A DNA stretch of 64,000 bases from Octopus sinensis (Eukaryota). Each line of letters starts with the position of its first letter. Position 1 is the stretch's first letter. Shown here piece by piece: positions 26,338 to 39,094 of the stretch. The notes beneath the pieces are model-generated. The model was not told the DNA's origin. It did no database searches and saw only the letters and a program-made list of their open reading frames with translations. The DNA lies in contig NC_043004.1 of NCBI RefSeq assembly GCF_006345805.1, positions 24,366,001 to 24,430,000 on the forward strand, in the 5' to 3' direction. A program made the translations under genes and the position numbers.

Positions 26338-27176
26338 CAGGGTGCGATGGGTGAATTATCGCCATTTTATATGTTTATTTTTTCGGATGCTTATTATTTG
26401 TTTTTGATTATGTCGAATACACAATATAGTAGGGTCAGTTGGGCACCGCCTGTGCGAAAAACAACACCATGATGCAATTCACTCTGCCAGAAACTTAGAA
26501 CGACATGCTGTTGTGCTTGACATCTTGCGCCGGAATCTCCAATATGAACATTTCATAGTGTTTGGGTATCAATCTGAGGACATGTACCGAGAGTGATGAA
26601 AATCAAACATCCAGTCAACAACATAGTGTTTGGATCACTAGGGACGGCGACGTTATGCCTCCATTCATTTCCCCACACAGCCTCAGATTCAACACGGAGG
26701 CCTACATTAAATTCCTGGAGGAGGTAGTGCAGCCCTGCGTCAAGAGGGTGGCTGCTGGAAAACCCTATGTCTAGCAACAGGTATCTGTACTATGCCACAC
26801 AAGCAGGAGAACCTAGTCATGGCTGTCACACAATTTCTGCGACCACATCTGGCCATCTAAATCCCCAGACTGCAACACACTTGATTATTATGTACGGGGC
26901 ACAGTTGAGCGAGAGACCAAGAAAACATAACACCAAAGATGAACCGAAGGCAAGGATTATGACAACATACACCAACTTAAACAAGGAGACCGTCCAGAGA
27001 TTCCGAAGTCGTCTGAAGGCCATATTGAAACCAATGGCGATTTTATTGAATATATTTAATCTTTAGTATTGCAAGATATGTTTATGTAATTTTGGTAGAT
27101 ATATCTATTAAAATGAGTTGTCAGTGTAATCTTCATTTTTGCGTGATTTAGACGACAGTTTATTCGCCGCACCCTG
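26338..27176 (+). mobile_element. maT/DD37D-type Tc1/mariner deletion derivative with both ends
   Basis: Ends CAGGGTGCG...CGCACCCTG|TA. N-terminal RHAVVL stub fused to RDGDVMPPF...EEVVQP...KPYV*QQ...WPSKSPDCNTLDY...RFRSRL; final catalytic residue is D. Confidence 0.8.
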
Positions 27177-27214
27177 TACAAGGCTTCATGTGCCAGGCAG
27201 GTGGGATTTAATCA

Positions 27215-27330
27215 AATCTTTCTACCACATCCACTCACAAGGTTTTGGGCAACTCGAGATTATAGCTGAAGACACTTGCCCAAAGTGCCACACAACCGGA
27301 ACCGTGTGGTTGGAAGCAAACTTTTTTACC
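27215..27330 (-). mobile_element. SINE family A head fragment
   Basis: ATCCACTCACAAGG...GAAGACACTTGCCCAA...GTGTGGTTGGAAGCAA. Confidence 0.8.
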
Positions 27331-27359
27331 ATATATATATATACATGTATATATATATA

Positions 27360-27403
<44 letters not shown>

Positions 27404-27413
27404 GCCTATATGA

Positions 27414-27481
<68 letters not shown>

Positions 27482-27566
27482 TATATGTGACCGCATGTGT
27501 ATCGTTGGCGATTTTCTTTCTCCGGTTTCCCTTCTTTGGACTTACTCTTTTTAATTTTAGATTAAA

Positions 27567-28071
27567 CTAGCAGTATCGCCCGGCGTTGCTCGGGTTTGTA
27601 AGGGAAATAACTATATAAGCATTTTTAGAGAGTTACTTCCTTTATAGATGCCAATTCGAGCTTTCTTAGCCATTTCTGTTTTGGTGTCTTCAAGCCATGA
27701 AGTCGTTGTTCTAAAAGAACGCTGGTCTCCTTGACAACGCATTACGACGTTGATTTCCTTAAGCTCCCTTCCCCACAGCTTCACGAGGGAGGGAAGAAGG
27801 GGGAGAAGCAAACACAGGTGCAGGTGTTTGAGCGTGGACGCCAACTCCGCCGCCATCGACATACGAAAAATTATGCATTAAAATGGAATAAAAATTGATG
27901 TTAAATTATTTTAGACTCATCGTAGACGCGCGCTAATAGCCAGACGGGCTCGATATTAATCACGACTATAAGATACCCGAATTTGGTTAAACTGCACCGC
28001 AAAATGTGGGAGGAGTTAGAAATCTAAATCGTAGGAGACAGACACTCACACAACTACAGTTTTATTTTAGA
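27567..28071 (-). mobile_element. Non-autonomous Helitron, copy 1
   Basis: Minus strand starts TC and ends with hairpin CCCGAGCAACGCCGGG then CTAG|T; terminal blocks shared with 30587-30980. Confidence 0.85.
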
Positions 28072-28099
28072 TTAAATTATGATCGGCCACCTACTTTGT

Positions 28100-28560
28100 A
28101 CCAATATTGTGAGGGAATGTATCTTGCCTTAATCGTCATCCTTTAAATCTTAAGATGTTCAGCCACACTTTGTTCTAGAGGGGTTGGTATTTATCCTGTT
28201 ACTCCAATTATAATAGGTATGAATCTCAAAGTATATCATGGGTACTGGATTTTCACATACTTTATAAATGTCCTCCTTATTTTTCTAACCACATTCGTGT
28301 CAAGAGGACAGCTGATTTCCACAACAGAACATATCTTTTTTTTCTAGTCCTACACAACGGTATCTGGCTGGTTCCGTTTTAAGTTGGTGGATGTTTTCAT
28401 TTTTAAGTACCTAATATTCTTTTAACCAGTCGGTTTCAATATGTTCAACTTCGTTTGTGGGTATTTTCCATTTTGTTATCCTGTTCGAGACCGTTCTGGC
28501 CGTATATCTCATTACGTATATCTCATCTGGTAAACATTCTCTCACACTTGGCAATAATGT
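28100..28560 (-). mobile_element. Second R4/Dong-type RLE LINE remnant
   Basis: Minus strand KEY...MKTSTNLKRNQPDTVV*D*KKKICSVVEISCPLDTNV...IPIIIG (PD-type RLE core); related to 3222-4420. Confidence 0.75.
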
Positions 28561-28965
28561 GGTTGATAAGAGAATTGGTTTTTAGATTGAACATATACTT
28601 GCGTCTTAAAAAGAACTGTAATTTTAAAACAAAAATTACAAATTTAAATAAATGCCATAACAATTTCAACAAATTTCCACTTTCCACTGGTAAATGAAAA
28701 TAAACAAGATGTGTTTTAAAGAAAGTCACTGCACAGGACCACATAATCAAAACTTTATGAACATTAAAATACGCAATTCAGTATTAGAAAATTATTAAAT
28801 TTCAAATTTTCGGTAAATTCCATCACAATAATGCATAATTGAAAGTTGAATTGGTTCAAAAGCCACAAGTTCTATTAGCAATTTGCTGGATCTTTCTAGA
28901 GCTGCTCACACGCACACCTACGCACTCATACATTCTTAACACTATTTATATGTCTGTACGTATCG

Positions 28966-29318
28966 TCCCAACCACATGGCTCCGGGTTCAGACCTTCTGC
29001 GCGGCACCTTGGGCAATATGTCTTCTACTATAGCCTTGGGCCGACCAAAGCCTTGTGAGTGGATTTGGAAGACGGAAAGCGAAAGAAGTGCGTCGTTTAA
29101 TACGTTTCTATATGCGAGTGTTTGTCCCCCACTACAACAGGAGTTGGTGTGTTTACGTCCCTGTAACTTAACGGTTCGGCGAAAGAACTGACAGAATAGC
29201 TACTAGACTTTAAAAAAGGAAAAGGAATGGATTCGATTCATTCGATTAAAAATTATTCTATGCCGTAAACCAGCATGGCCGTAGTCTAATGATCGAAACA
29301 TGTAAACAATAAAAAATG
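28966..29318 (+). mobile_element. SINE family A, diverged
   Basis: CCAACCACATGGCTCCGGGTTCAG...GGCACCTTGGGCAA...CCAGCATGGCCGTAGTC. Confidence 0.85.
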
Positions 29319-29441
29319 AAAGATAGATATCAGTTTGTCTGTGTATGCGTGTTTAGTCGCATGCACGTAAAAATATGAATTTGTGTGGAACTATTTTTAT
29401 GTGTTCATATACATACATACATACATACATACATACATACA

Positions 29442-29478
<37 letters not shown>

Positions 29479-30252
29479 CGATGTAAGAAATTTGAAAAGC
29501 TGGACGCGAAACCGGTCATTTCTTCAAAAACTATGTCATTGTATGAAAAAAAAAAAATTTATAACATTCTTCAGACATAATGACTCAAATATATATTTTT
29601 TAACCTTTTAAAACAAGCCTTCTGTAGTTTTTTCACTTTTTACTATTTTCTATATATATATATATATATATATATCTATATATATATATATATATATATG
29701 CATTTAAATATATACATGTAATGATGTGTATGTATGTATGTATGTAGGTAGGTAGGTAGGTAGGTAGGTAGGTAGGAATGTACCTATGTATGCATGCATG
29801 CATGTATGAATACACGCTGAAAAAAGGGATTAGAACGCCCAGGAATATATCAATGATGGGTTGTTTTAAATGAATTTGGTTAATTATATCAAATATGTTA
29901 ACATGTGTTTTGAGATATATTAATTTGAATGATATCTTCTGTAACTAAATGTGTCGATACAACAGAAACAACCGTCGACTTTGTATGTTGAAATCAACGA
30001 TTAAAACTGTGATTTTCTCTTTTCTATCCGTATCTTTATTATAGATGTATATGTATGTATATACGTACATCCATAAACACACACACACACTTACATATAA
30101 ACAAACACACACATGTATATACATACATATATGTATGTGTATAATACATGTTTATGTCTTTGTGCAGAAATTGTTGTTAAAAGCAAAAGAATCAACTGTT
30201 TCATAATGTACTCCAGATAATATCGTTAACTTCATTTTGTAGGTAAATAGTA

Positions 30253-30298
<46 letters not shown>

Positions 30299-30359
30299 AC
30301 ATACAGATTATATACGAACATGTATACACAAAAACATGCGCGCACAAACACACACACAC

Positions 30360-30414
<55 letters not shown>

Positions 30415-30422
30415 TATATATA

Positions 30423-30457
<35 letters not shown>

Positions 30458-30483
30458 TTCATTTATATATATACATATATATA

Positions 30484-30524
<41 letters not shown>

Positions 30525-30586
30525 TTTATATATATAATATATATATAAAATTATACTATATTAAATTATATATATATATATATATA

Positions 30587-30980
30587 CTAGCAGTATCGCC
30601 CGGCGTTGCTCGGGTTTGTAAGGGAAATAACTATATAAGCATTTTTAGAGATGTAAAATATAATAGCCATCTCAATATTGTTAACCACAAAGAGGGGTGT
30701 TACTGTAGCGTTTTACGTTCTGAGATTTAATAATAAACTTTTAGAGAGTTACTTCCCTTATATATACCAAAAATGCATTAAAAATGGGAAAAATTGATGG
30801 TATTTTTTTTTTTAATCGTAGACTCATCGTAGACGCGCGCTAATACCCAGAAGGGCTCGATATGAATCACGACTATAAGATACCCGGTTTTGGTTAAACT
30901 GCACCGCAAAATGTGGGAGTAGTTAGGAATCTAAATCGTAGGAGACAGACAGCACACAACCTTACTTTTATATATAAAGA
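30587..30980 (-). mobile_element. Non-autonomous Helitron, copy 2, inserted in (TA)n
   Basis: Minus strand A|TCTTTATATATAAAAG...CCCGAGCAACGCCGGGCGATACTGCTAG|T; A/T insertion site, no TSD. Confidence 0.9.
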
Positions 30981-31015
30981 TATATATATAAAATATATTA
31001 TATTCCCTCAAACAA

Positions 31016-31051
<36 letters not shown>

Positions 31052-31953
31052 AAGAAACAATCAAGATGATAATTCATTTTCGAACGCAGAGACGCCGTTA
31101 GAACAGCTGAATTTTGGGTAAATTAACTTGTTCAATTAAAGTCCGCAGCCAAATGCCTGAAACAAATAATAGTATTTAATATATAAATATTTGATTAGAC
31201 TAACAAACGTGATCTAAATGTCACCTGTCTGGAACAGGAACTCCTATATATATCCAACTTTTGACATCTAGCTGTACATATATATATATAATCAAAGAGC
31301 AGCTGCTTTCGAAGAACATAAAGTTATTTTCTCAAACTAGAAAAAATATATTTACAACCTCTTTCTCACCTTCCCAAAACCCCAATATGTATATATTCCT
31401 GTTCATTTCCTGAACAATCATTTCTACTCGCTCCTTACTAACAGACTTACACATCCACTTTCCTCACCCTCGTCACATTACTATGCATGAGGCTAAAAGC
31501 CAAAACCATAGCTATTCGACTGCATATAAACTGAAACCTCGAAATCACCGAAATCTCCTCGTAGAAAACAATACACGCACGCACACATATATAAATTATA
31601 AGACAGATTACTCTTAGATTAACAATAAATCTAGACGGGGGTGGGGTAAGAAGTTTCAATTCCAAATTCAACGAAGATGCACAGAATGAGCATAATTCAT
31701 GCTATTCTTCTGCTTACAACAAAAACCTAAATCTTTTTAGGGTAATTGGTAACTATGTAACAGCGCTATTTCATCCTTATTTAGAATTGTCAGCATTGTA
31801 TAACCCTTTGAAATATATTCATTCTTGTTTATATATATTATCGTTCAAATATATATATATATATATATATCGTCATTCAAATATATATACATATATATAC
31901 GTGTGTGTATGTTCAGATGTATATATGTATATATTATCGTTTATATATGTGTA

Positions 31954-32065
<112 letters not shown>

Positions 32066-32068
32066 TAT

Positions 32069-32629
32069 GCTTATATTTATATCATCGATACAGTTGTCTG
32101 ATTCATCTGAAAAGATCATGAAATTGCTACCACTTTTTCATCTCTTTCGTTGCGTCTCTTCATAGCCCGTTTAACTTCCAGCATTATAGCATGACGCTTA
32201 GCACATTCACTATGAATTTTCGTAGGAGCCATGGGAGCAAAAATGAAAATAATGAGAATGAGAAAGTAGCCAATAATCAGACGTAAACAAATCTGAATTC
32301 AAAACAATTGCGGGAATCACGAGTGATTGGTAAATATTGGAACTACAGTGCAATATGAGCTCCGAAAGACCGATAAATAAAACAAGACAGCTGATTTCAT
32401 GATTTCGTTCATTTTGGCGTCTTAACATTAACTTACACGTTTTAGTATGATTTTATATGCTGTAATTCTCATTTATTGTACAGAAACATGGTTTATGTGC
32501 TTTTAACGGTTTTCTAGTGATTTTACAATTCCAATATTTGTGGTGTACAGATTTGATGTATTAATTTTGAAAACCGACGTATAATTGAGGACGACTTAAC
32601 TCGAAATCACTTAAGCCGAGGTATACCTG
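32069..32629 (-). mobile_element. Tigger/pogo 5' fragment (TIR plus HTH start), tandem copy 1
   Basis: Minus strand TA|CAGGTATACCTCG (Tigger1-like TIR); MAPTKIHSECAKRHAIMLEVK...ERDEKVVAI...MNQTTVS. Confidence 0.75.
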
Positions 32630-32735
32630 TATATATATATGTGCATACATAAATGTAAGTATATGTATATATATATATATATATATATGAGTGTACATAT
32701 GTATTTACATATATACAAATATATATATGTATATA

Positions 32736-32779
<44 letters not shown>

Positions 32780-32826
32780 TGTATATATGTATTTACATAT
32801 ATACATATATATTATATATATATATA

Positions 32827-32925
<99 letters not shown>

Positions 32926-32928
32926 TAT

Positions 32929-33489
32929 GCTTATATTTATATCATCGATACAGTTGTCCGATTCATCTGAAAAGATCATGAAATTGCTACCACTTTTTCA
33001 TCTCTTTCGTTGCGTCTCTTCATAGCCCGTTTAACTTCCAGCATTATAGCATGACGCTTAGCACATTCACTATGAATTTTCGTAGGAGCCATGGGAGCAA
33101 AAATGAAAATAAATGAGAATGAGAAAGTAGCCAATAATCAGACGTAAACAAATCTGAATTCAAAACAATTGCGGGAATCACGAGTGATTGGTAAATATTG
33201 GAACTACAGTGCAATATGAGCTCCGAAAGACCGATAAATAAAACAAGACAGCTGATTTCATGATTTCGTTCATTTTGGCGTCTTAACATTAACTTACACG
33301 TTTTAGTATGATTTTATATGCTGTAATTCTCATTTATTGTACAGAAACATGGTTATGTGCTTTTAACGGTTTTCTAGTGATTTTACAATTCCAATATTTG
33401 TGGTGTACAGATTTGATGTATTAATTTTGAAAACCGACGTATAATTGAGGACGACTTAACTCGAAATCACTTAAGCCGAGGTATACCTG
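32929..33489 (-). mobile_element. Tigger/pogo 5' fragment, tandem copy 2 (860-bp period)
   Basis: Identical to copy 1 apart from one substitution and two 1-bp homopolymer indels that I could see. Confidence 0.75.
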
Positions 33490-33531
33490 TATATATATAT
33501 GTGCATACATAAATGTAAGTATATGTATATA

Positions 33532-33580
<49 letters not shown>

Positions 33581-33650
33581 ATATATATAATATATATATA
33601 TATGAGTGTACATATGTATTTACATATATACAAATATATATATGTATATA

Positions 33651-33692
<42 letters not shown>

Positions 33693-33729
33693 TGTATATA
33701 TGTATTACATATATACATATATATATATA

Positions 33730-33766
<37 letters not shown>

Positions 33767-33817
33767 GAGTGTACATATGTATTTACATATATATAGATAT
33801 ATATATGTATATACGTA

Positions 33818-33875
<58 letters not shown>

Positions 33876-33884
33876 TATATATAA

Positions 33885-34080
33885 TAACAAAGAGTAAAAT
33901 TAATTAATTAAGAAGTAATCAGTAATTTCACCAAGTAGAATTCGGCATGAAAAATATCATTTCATGCTAAGCTTAAGTAATACTTTATAATTAGGGTTCA
34001 GCAACGATTTGCTTCACCACATACCGAAGTTTAGAAATAGCAGTCAAAAATTTTAGCTATTCCTTCTACTTTAAAAGGGG
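33885..34080 (-). repeat. Interspersed repeat family F (probably PLE-derived)
   Basis: TTTAGAAATAGCAGTCAAA...AGCTATTCCTTCTACT..AAAAGGG is the reverse complement of 11900-11950; AATTAATTAATT...TTTCACCAAG matches 41424-41460. Confidence 0.7.
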
Positions 34081-34088
34081 TTCCCAGA

Positions 34089-34156
34089 AAAACCAAAGTA
34101 CTTGAAAACAATCCACGCTTTTGCCTGCGTGGATTGTTTTCAAGTACTTTGGTTTT
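34089..34156. repeat. Perfect 30-bp inverted repeat with 8-nt loop
   Basis: AAAACCAAAGTACTTGAAAACAATCCACGC-TTTTGCCT-GCGTGGATTGTTTTCAAGTACTTTGGTTTT, followed by a direct duplication of CAAGTACTTTGGT. Confidence 0.95.
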
Positions 34157-34192
34157 CAAGTACTTTGGTATATATATATATATATATATAAC

Positions 34193-34240
34193 GGCGGTGC
34201 ATCAGCATGGCCGCAGCTCTGAGCTGAAACTAGAAAAAAG
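34193..34240 (+). mobile_element. Tail-only insertion of the CR1-group LINE in (TA)n
   Basis: GGCGGTGCATCAGCATGGCCGCAGCTCTGAGCT matches the LINE 3' end at 46488-46521. Confidence 0.7.
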
Positions 34241-34364
34241 ATATATATATATATACCCACCTCCCATAAAATTACTGGCCTTATGCCAACATTTGTAACA
34301 ATTACTATTCAAAACGGTGCCTCGGAGTAGCTGTTGTCCAATGACTGAAACAAGTAAACGAAAG

Positions 34365-34395
<31 letters not shown>

Positions 34396-35024
34396 TGTAT
34401 GTATGGATGGATGGATGGATGGATGGATGGATGGATGGATGGGTGGATGGATGGATGAATGAATGGATGGATGCATGGATGTATGTATGGATGGATGGAC
34501 ACAAGCAGAATGATGTCCATAAACGTAAAAGTCTCATGCACAGACACACACATACAAACACAAACACACATACATTTCTGCCGCATGAAAGTTAGGTATG
34601 TCTTTTTCTTTATAATTTATTCTCCTTCTGTCTTTTGACAGCGAGTGAATGAGCTGTTAATCCGATTGAGTTATACTAATAGAAGTGTAGATAACGTGAT
34701 GAATTATCACTAATGTCCATCTTATTTCTCTTTTAATTAATGTATTTCCTATTCAATATTTGAATTTATTTAATTTTTTTCTTTTTTCACAGAAACCTAT
34801 TTTTTCTGAATTCGTTATGTGAATAACGGTATTAACCGTTTGCTGTTTCGTTATTCACATATATAAATATTGTGCATTATAAATATGTGTGCATCTATAT
34901 GCTTGTGTGCGTGTGCGTGTCTCCTTGTCTTGGCATTGTTGTAAAAGAGTGTTACCATCATACAAGTGGTACCCGTGTTTCAATCTTCTAACCATGTGAG
35001 GATTGGCGCCAGGAAGAGCAGGCA

Positions 35025-35222
<198 letters not shown>

Positions 35223-35799
35223 CTAAAATGTGTTATGCCGGGTTATATATACAGAAATCTCTCGCTGTATGGATATAATGCATTCCTGAAAATCTGGCCA
35301 TAATACAAAATTTCGTTATACGAAAATAATTTTCCCATTGATTTTCATTTTATCAAGTCAAATTGCATTCATACGGACATTTTTTTAAAAAAATAGCAAC
35401 AAGCATAATAACATAAAAGGCAAAAAGGTCATCAAAGTCCACTGGGCAGCTCTGTGCATTATTTTTTAAAAAGCAATGTTGTGTGACATTGTACCTTCCT
35501 AATGCAAGACAATAAGACGTTTGTAATTCACTCTTTGAAAAGACTCTTCGTCATACGCTTTGAAAAGTATCTTAGACATTTTTGCCTTCATATTTGAACG
35601 CTAAGTCAGAGGCAAATCAAAGTTACGTAACCCATGAAAGCCTATAGATTTTCAGTGTGACACATAAGTAGGGGCTTTAATTTCATATCACCAGCGGCAT
35701 TTCCTCTAAAAAAAAAAAAACATCAGACTAGATATAAAAGTTCTAACAGGCATACACACGCAGAAAAGTGCAATATCATCAACATTGTATAATTGCTCT

Positions 35800-36330
35800 G
35801 AGTGAAGCCAAGTTCGGCAATTATTTTCTTGAACTGCTCGTTAATTAAAAGCGGCCTGTGTATCAGCACTCGCGGTTTGTCCAATCATTTTATGTTGTGC
35901 AATTTAATACACTTCTTAAACTTTTCAAATCAGCCTTTACTCACCCCAAAGGGTTTTTCATTACAAGTTTCACCTTTTTTTCGGCAGACCGTCATATAAA
36001 TTTTTGGCTTTTTTTAAAAATTACCATCGTATTTAACGCTGCACTCGATAGTTGTTCCATTTTCAGCATTACATTAGAACTATGGGAAAATAACGTCCGG
36101 GCAGATAACGGAGTAGCTTTTTGAGCACTTGACATACTTTCTCTCTGTTGTTACATTTTGTTCGCACTGTAAACGTTGTATGATTTAATGTAGTAATATT
36201 AACTTGTTTTTACTTCCGAATTAAGTATTTTTAAACCATCAAGTTTAAAATCCAGTGTAATCCCTTTACGCTTCCTTTTCGCACTTCTATCTTCAGGTCT
36301 GCTTGACATCTTTCCAGACATCTTAAATTG
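35800..36330 (-). mobile_element. Tigger/pogo (TIGD-like) transposase N-terminal pseudogene
   Basis: Minus strand MSGKMSSRPEDRSAKRKRKGITLDFKLD...SAQKATPLSART...MLKMEQL...HKMIGQTASADTQAA (HTH and CENP-B-like region). Confidence 0.75.
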
Positions 36331-36924
36331 AAAACAAATTCAACAGCGGCAGCGATTAATTATCTCCAATAAATATGGAATAAATAATTGGCCCATGACA
36401 GAGCTGATTTGTTAGAGCGGAAAAATTGTCTTTTTTCTATCCATGCAATAACGTAAATGAGATGAAATGATGATGGATTGAGGAAGAGACAATACTATAT
36501 AATTACAGTTAGCTGAAGGGGCACAATATTTTATAGACAATTCGCCCATTGCACTTCTGACTTAAGACATAGGTATCCATTCACAGTCACACATACATTA
36601 ATACACACTCATAAAAGCACACACATACTTGTGTTGACGAAGATGCTGATATCTGTTGCAGCCAGTTGGATTCAAAAGTTGGTGGGCTGATAGCGGTGTA
36701 GATGTGGGTTGCATTGATTTAGTTGTTAGTGGTAGACGGCCATTGTGTTGTATTGTGATAGTTATATTGTTCAGATTGCATTGTCGTGGCCATTTGTACC
36801 CAAGTCAAACCTCATACAACAAACATCATAGATTTTCCATTTAACTTTGAAAATACGTACCACATCACATTATAAGCTTTTATTTGAAATGGGCTTGCTT
36901 ATCCGGTTCATACTATATATTATT

Positions 36925-38450
36925 GTTGCTATCGGTGGATAGCTAGCAAGGGTGGCTATCCAGGCAGCTTAGGGCATATCTGAGAGGGCCACTATGAAAA
37001 GCAGTGGTCCTAAGACAGTGTCCTGTGGAACACCGCTTACTATTTTTGTTTTTTTCATGTGACTCCATTGGCCACTACTGCCTGACTTCTATCTTTCAAA
37101 AAGTTATGCAACTACTCTTCAAGTTTTCCAGCTACACCAAAATCACGCAGTTTGTTGCATATCATTCCATGATCCACTTTATCAAAAGCTTTTGCAAAGT
37201 CAAGGTATATTACGTCCACATTTGAGTTGTTGAGTAACTGCCTCAACACCAGTCATAGTGCTATAAGAGCTGGGTCAAGCAACTCCTACCTGGTCGAAAG
37301 CCAAGCTGGATATCACTCAACAAGCTATTTTCTTCAAGAAATGTGATTAGTTTCCTACTGACTATCCGTTCCATGTCTTTGCTGATGTGTGAAGTTAGAG
37401 AGATAGGCATATATTTTTCAGCATCCGCTCTGCTCCCTCCTTTATGGATTTGGCATATTTTCCCTCCTTCAATTTGCTTGGCAGCCTGCCATTTGCAAGA
37501 AAGCTCTAGAAGAGAATCTGTAGAGGTTTCGCCATAGCACGCTTACACGATTTGAGGAGGATTGCTGAGAAAACAACAGAACCAGCAGTTGAGTTTGCGT
37601 CTACCTCATCTATGGCTAGTGGTATATCTTCTTCGCTAATGTCGATGTAAATCTTCGTAACTGCCTCGCTGGTTATAGGTGAGGCAACAAAGAAATCCAC
37701 TGGTTCGTTCACTTGCCTCTGTTCCAACGGGGTGGTAAAGATACTTTTGAACTGGTCATTCAGTACTTTGCTGATCCTGGTTGGACTATCTGTGAGGGAG
37801 CCATCTTTTGGAAGAGTGGTCCTATTTTGCAGCGTACTGCAAAATAATCCTTATTAGACAATCTTCAAACTTACCAATTTGGTTTGGATCATCCGGTGGG
37901 AAATATGTGTTGCATATGACTATACTGTGTTGCCTTATGTATACAATTAGAGTGTACTTCAGCATCCTCTATATCAGGGCTCAGATGGGTTTCCACGAGC
38001 GCTATGCATAGGGCTTGATTGCATGCAGCAAGGTCTGTCAGGAAAAACGATTTCGCTTTTGTTGGCTTATTTCCCTTCTGTCTGTTCGCAGTATGGTATA
38101 TTTTGGTACGTGTACTTCTGATTCCTCTATATCAGGGCTGAGGCGAGTTTCCCCGATTGCTCTGCATGAGGCTTGATTGCATGCAGCAAGGTCTCTCAAG
38201 AAGGAAATTATGCTTTTATTATGATGAAACAGGCCCCAATATTTAGTAAAAATATTGGCGTGAGGAATGTGTAGGCGTTAGAGGAAGCCATTCCGTGTCC
38301 GTTGATCGTGGTGATATTGCACAGTGGTGAGCAAGGTTCCTTGTTTGTGCTTGATGTAGCCAGGTGACTGCTTTGAATCACTCACCAGGTTCGACTTCTG
38401 CTCTATAACTTATGCTGGATATTTTCCTCCCATTTGTTTACCGGAATAGT
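36925..38450 (-). mobile_element. CR1-group LINE remnant: ORF1 end, APE endonuclease start (duplicated), RT core, with internal deletions
   Basis: TPIFLLNIG; DLAACNQALCIALVETHLSPDIEDAEVH; VPKYTILRTDR; ICNTYFPPD; LNDQFKSIF; GVPQDTVLGPLLF. Confidence 0.85.
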
Positions 38451-39019
38451 GATATATATTATGAGGAAGGGTAAGAAAGAGAGCGAAGATGTGGCAGAGG
38501 AGAAAGAAAAGGAAAGAGCGAGTATATATTCTATTCCACGTGTTCACACATATTAGTTTTTGTAATTTCATAAATTAGGTACTTTTCAAACAAATGTGCT
38601 TAGTGATATTTACTGAAATTTTTGGACATATTTCCCAGAAGACATCATTAAACAGTTATATTTCCGCCAGGAGAATTGTCTTAAAATTCACATTAATACA
38701 AAAATTAATTTCTTTTTATAGCCTGATTTTCTTTTAACTCTCTTTAGAAAAGCTTCAATTTGAAATAGGATTTCGAATTATTTTTATCGGTTTTATGTCT
38801 GTGAAGTAATATTAGATGGGATTGTATTTTGTTTTCTTATAAAAAAAAATTGAAGGAAATTAAAGCGTTTATTCAAGATAAAAAGAGAAAAGCATGAAGG
38901 TACAGGAGAAAAAATAAGATTTTGAATAAAATAACTTAAAGTTTGTTCATTTCGGTGAAGATCTGTTTTAATAGCATTCTTGCTTAACAAAGAAAAATAA
39001 TAAAGTGATCAATATCATT

Positions 39020-39029
39020 TAGTAGTAGC

Positions 39030-39094
<65 letters not shown>
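39020..39094. repeat. (GTA)n microsatellite
   Basis: Directly visible. Confidence 0.95.
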
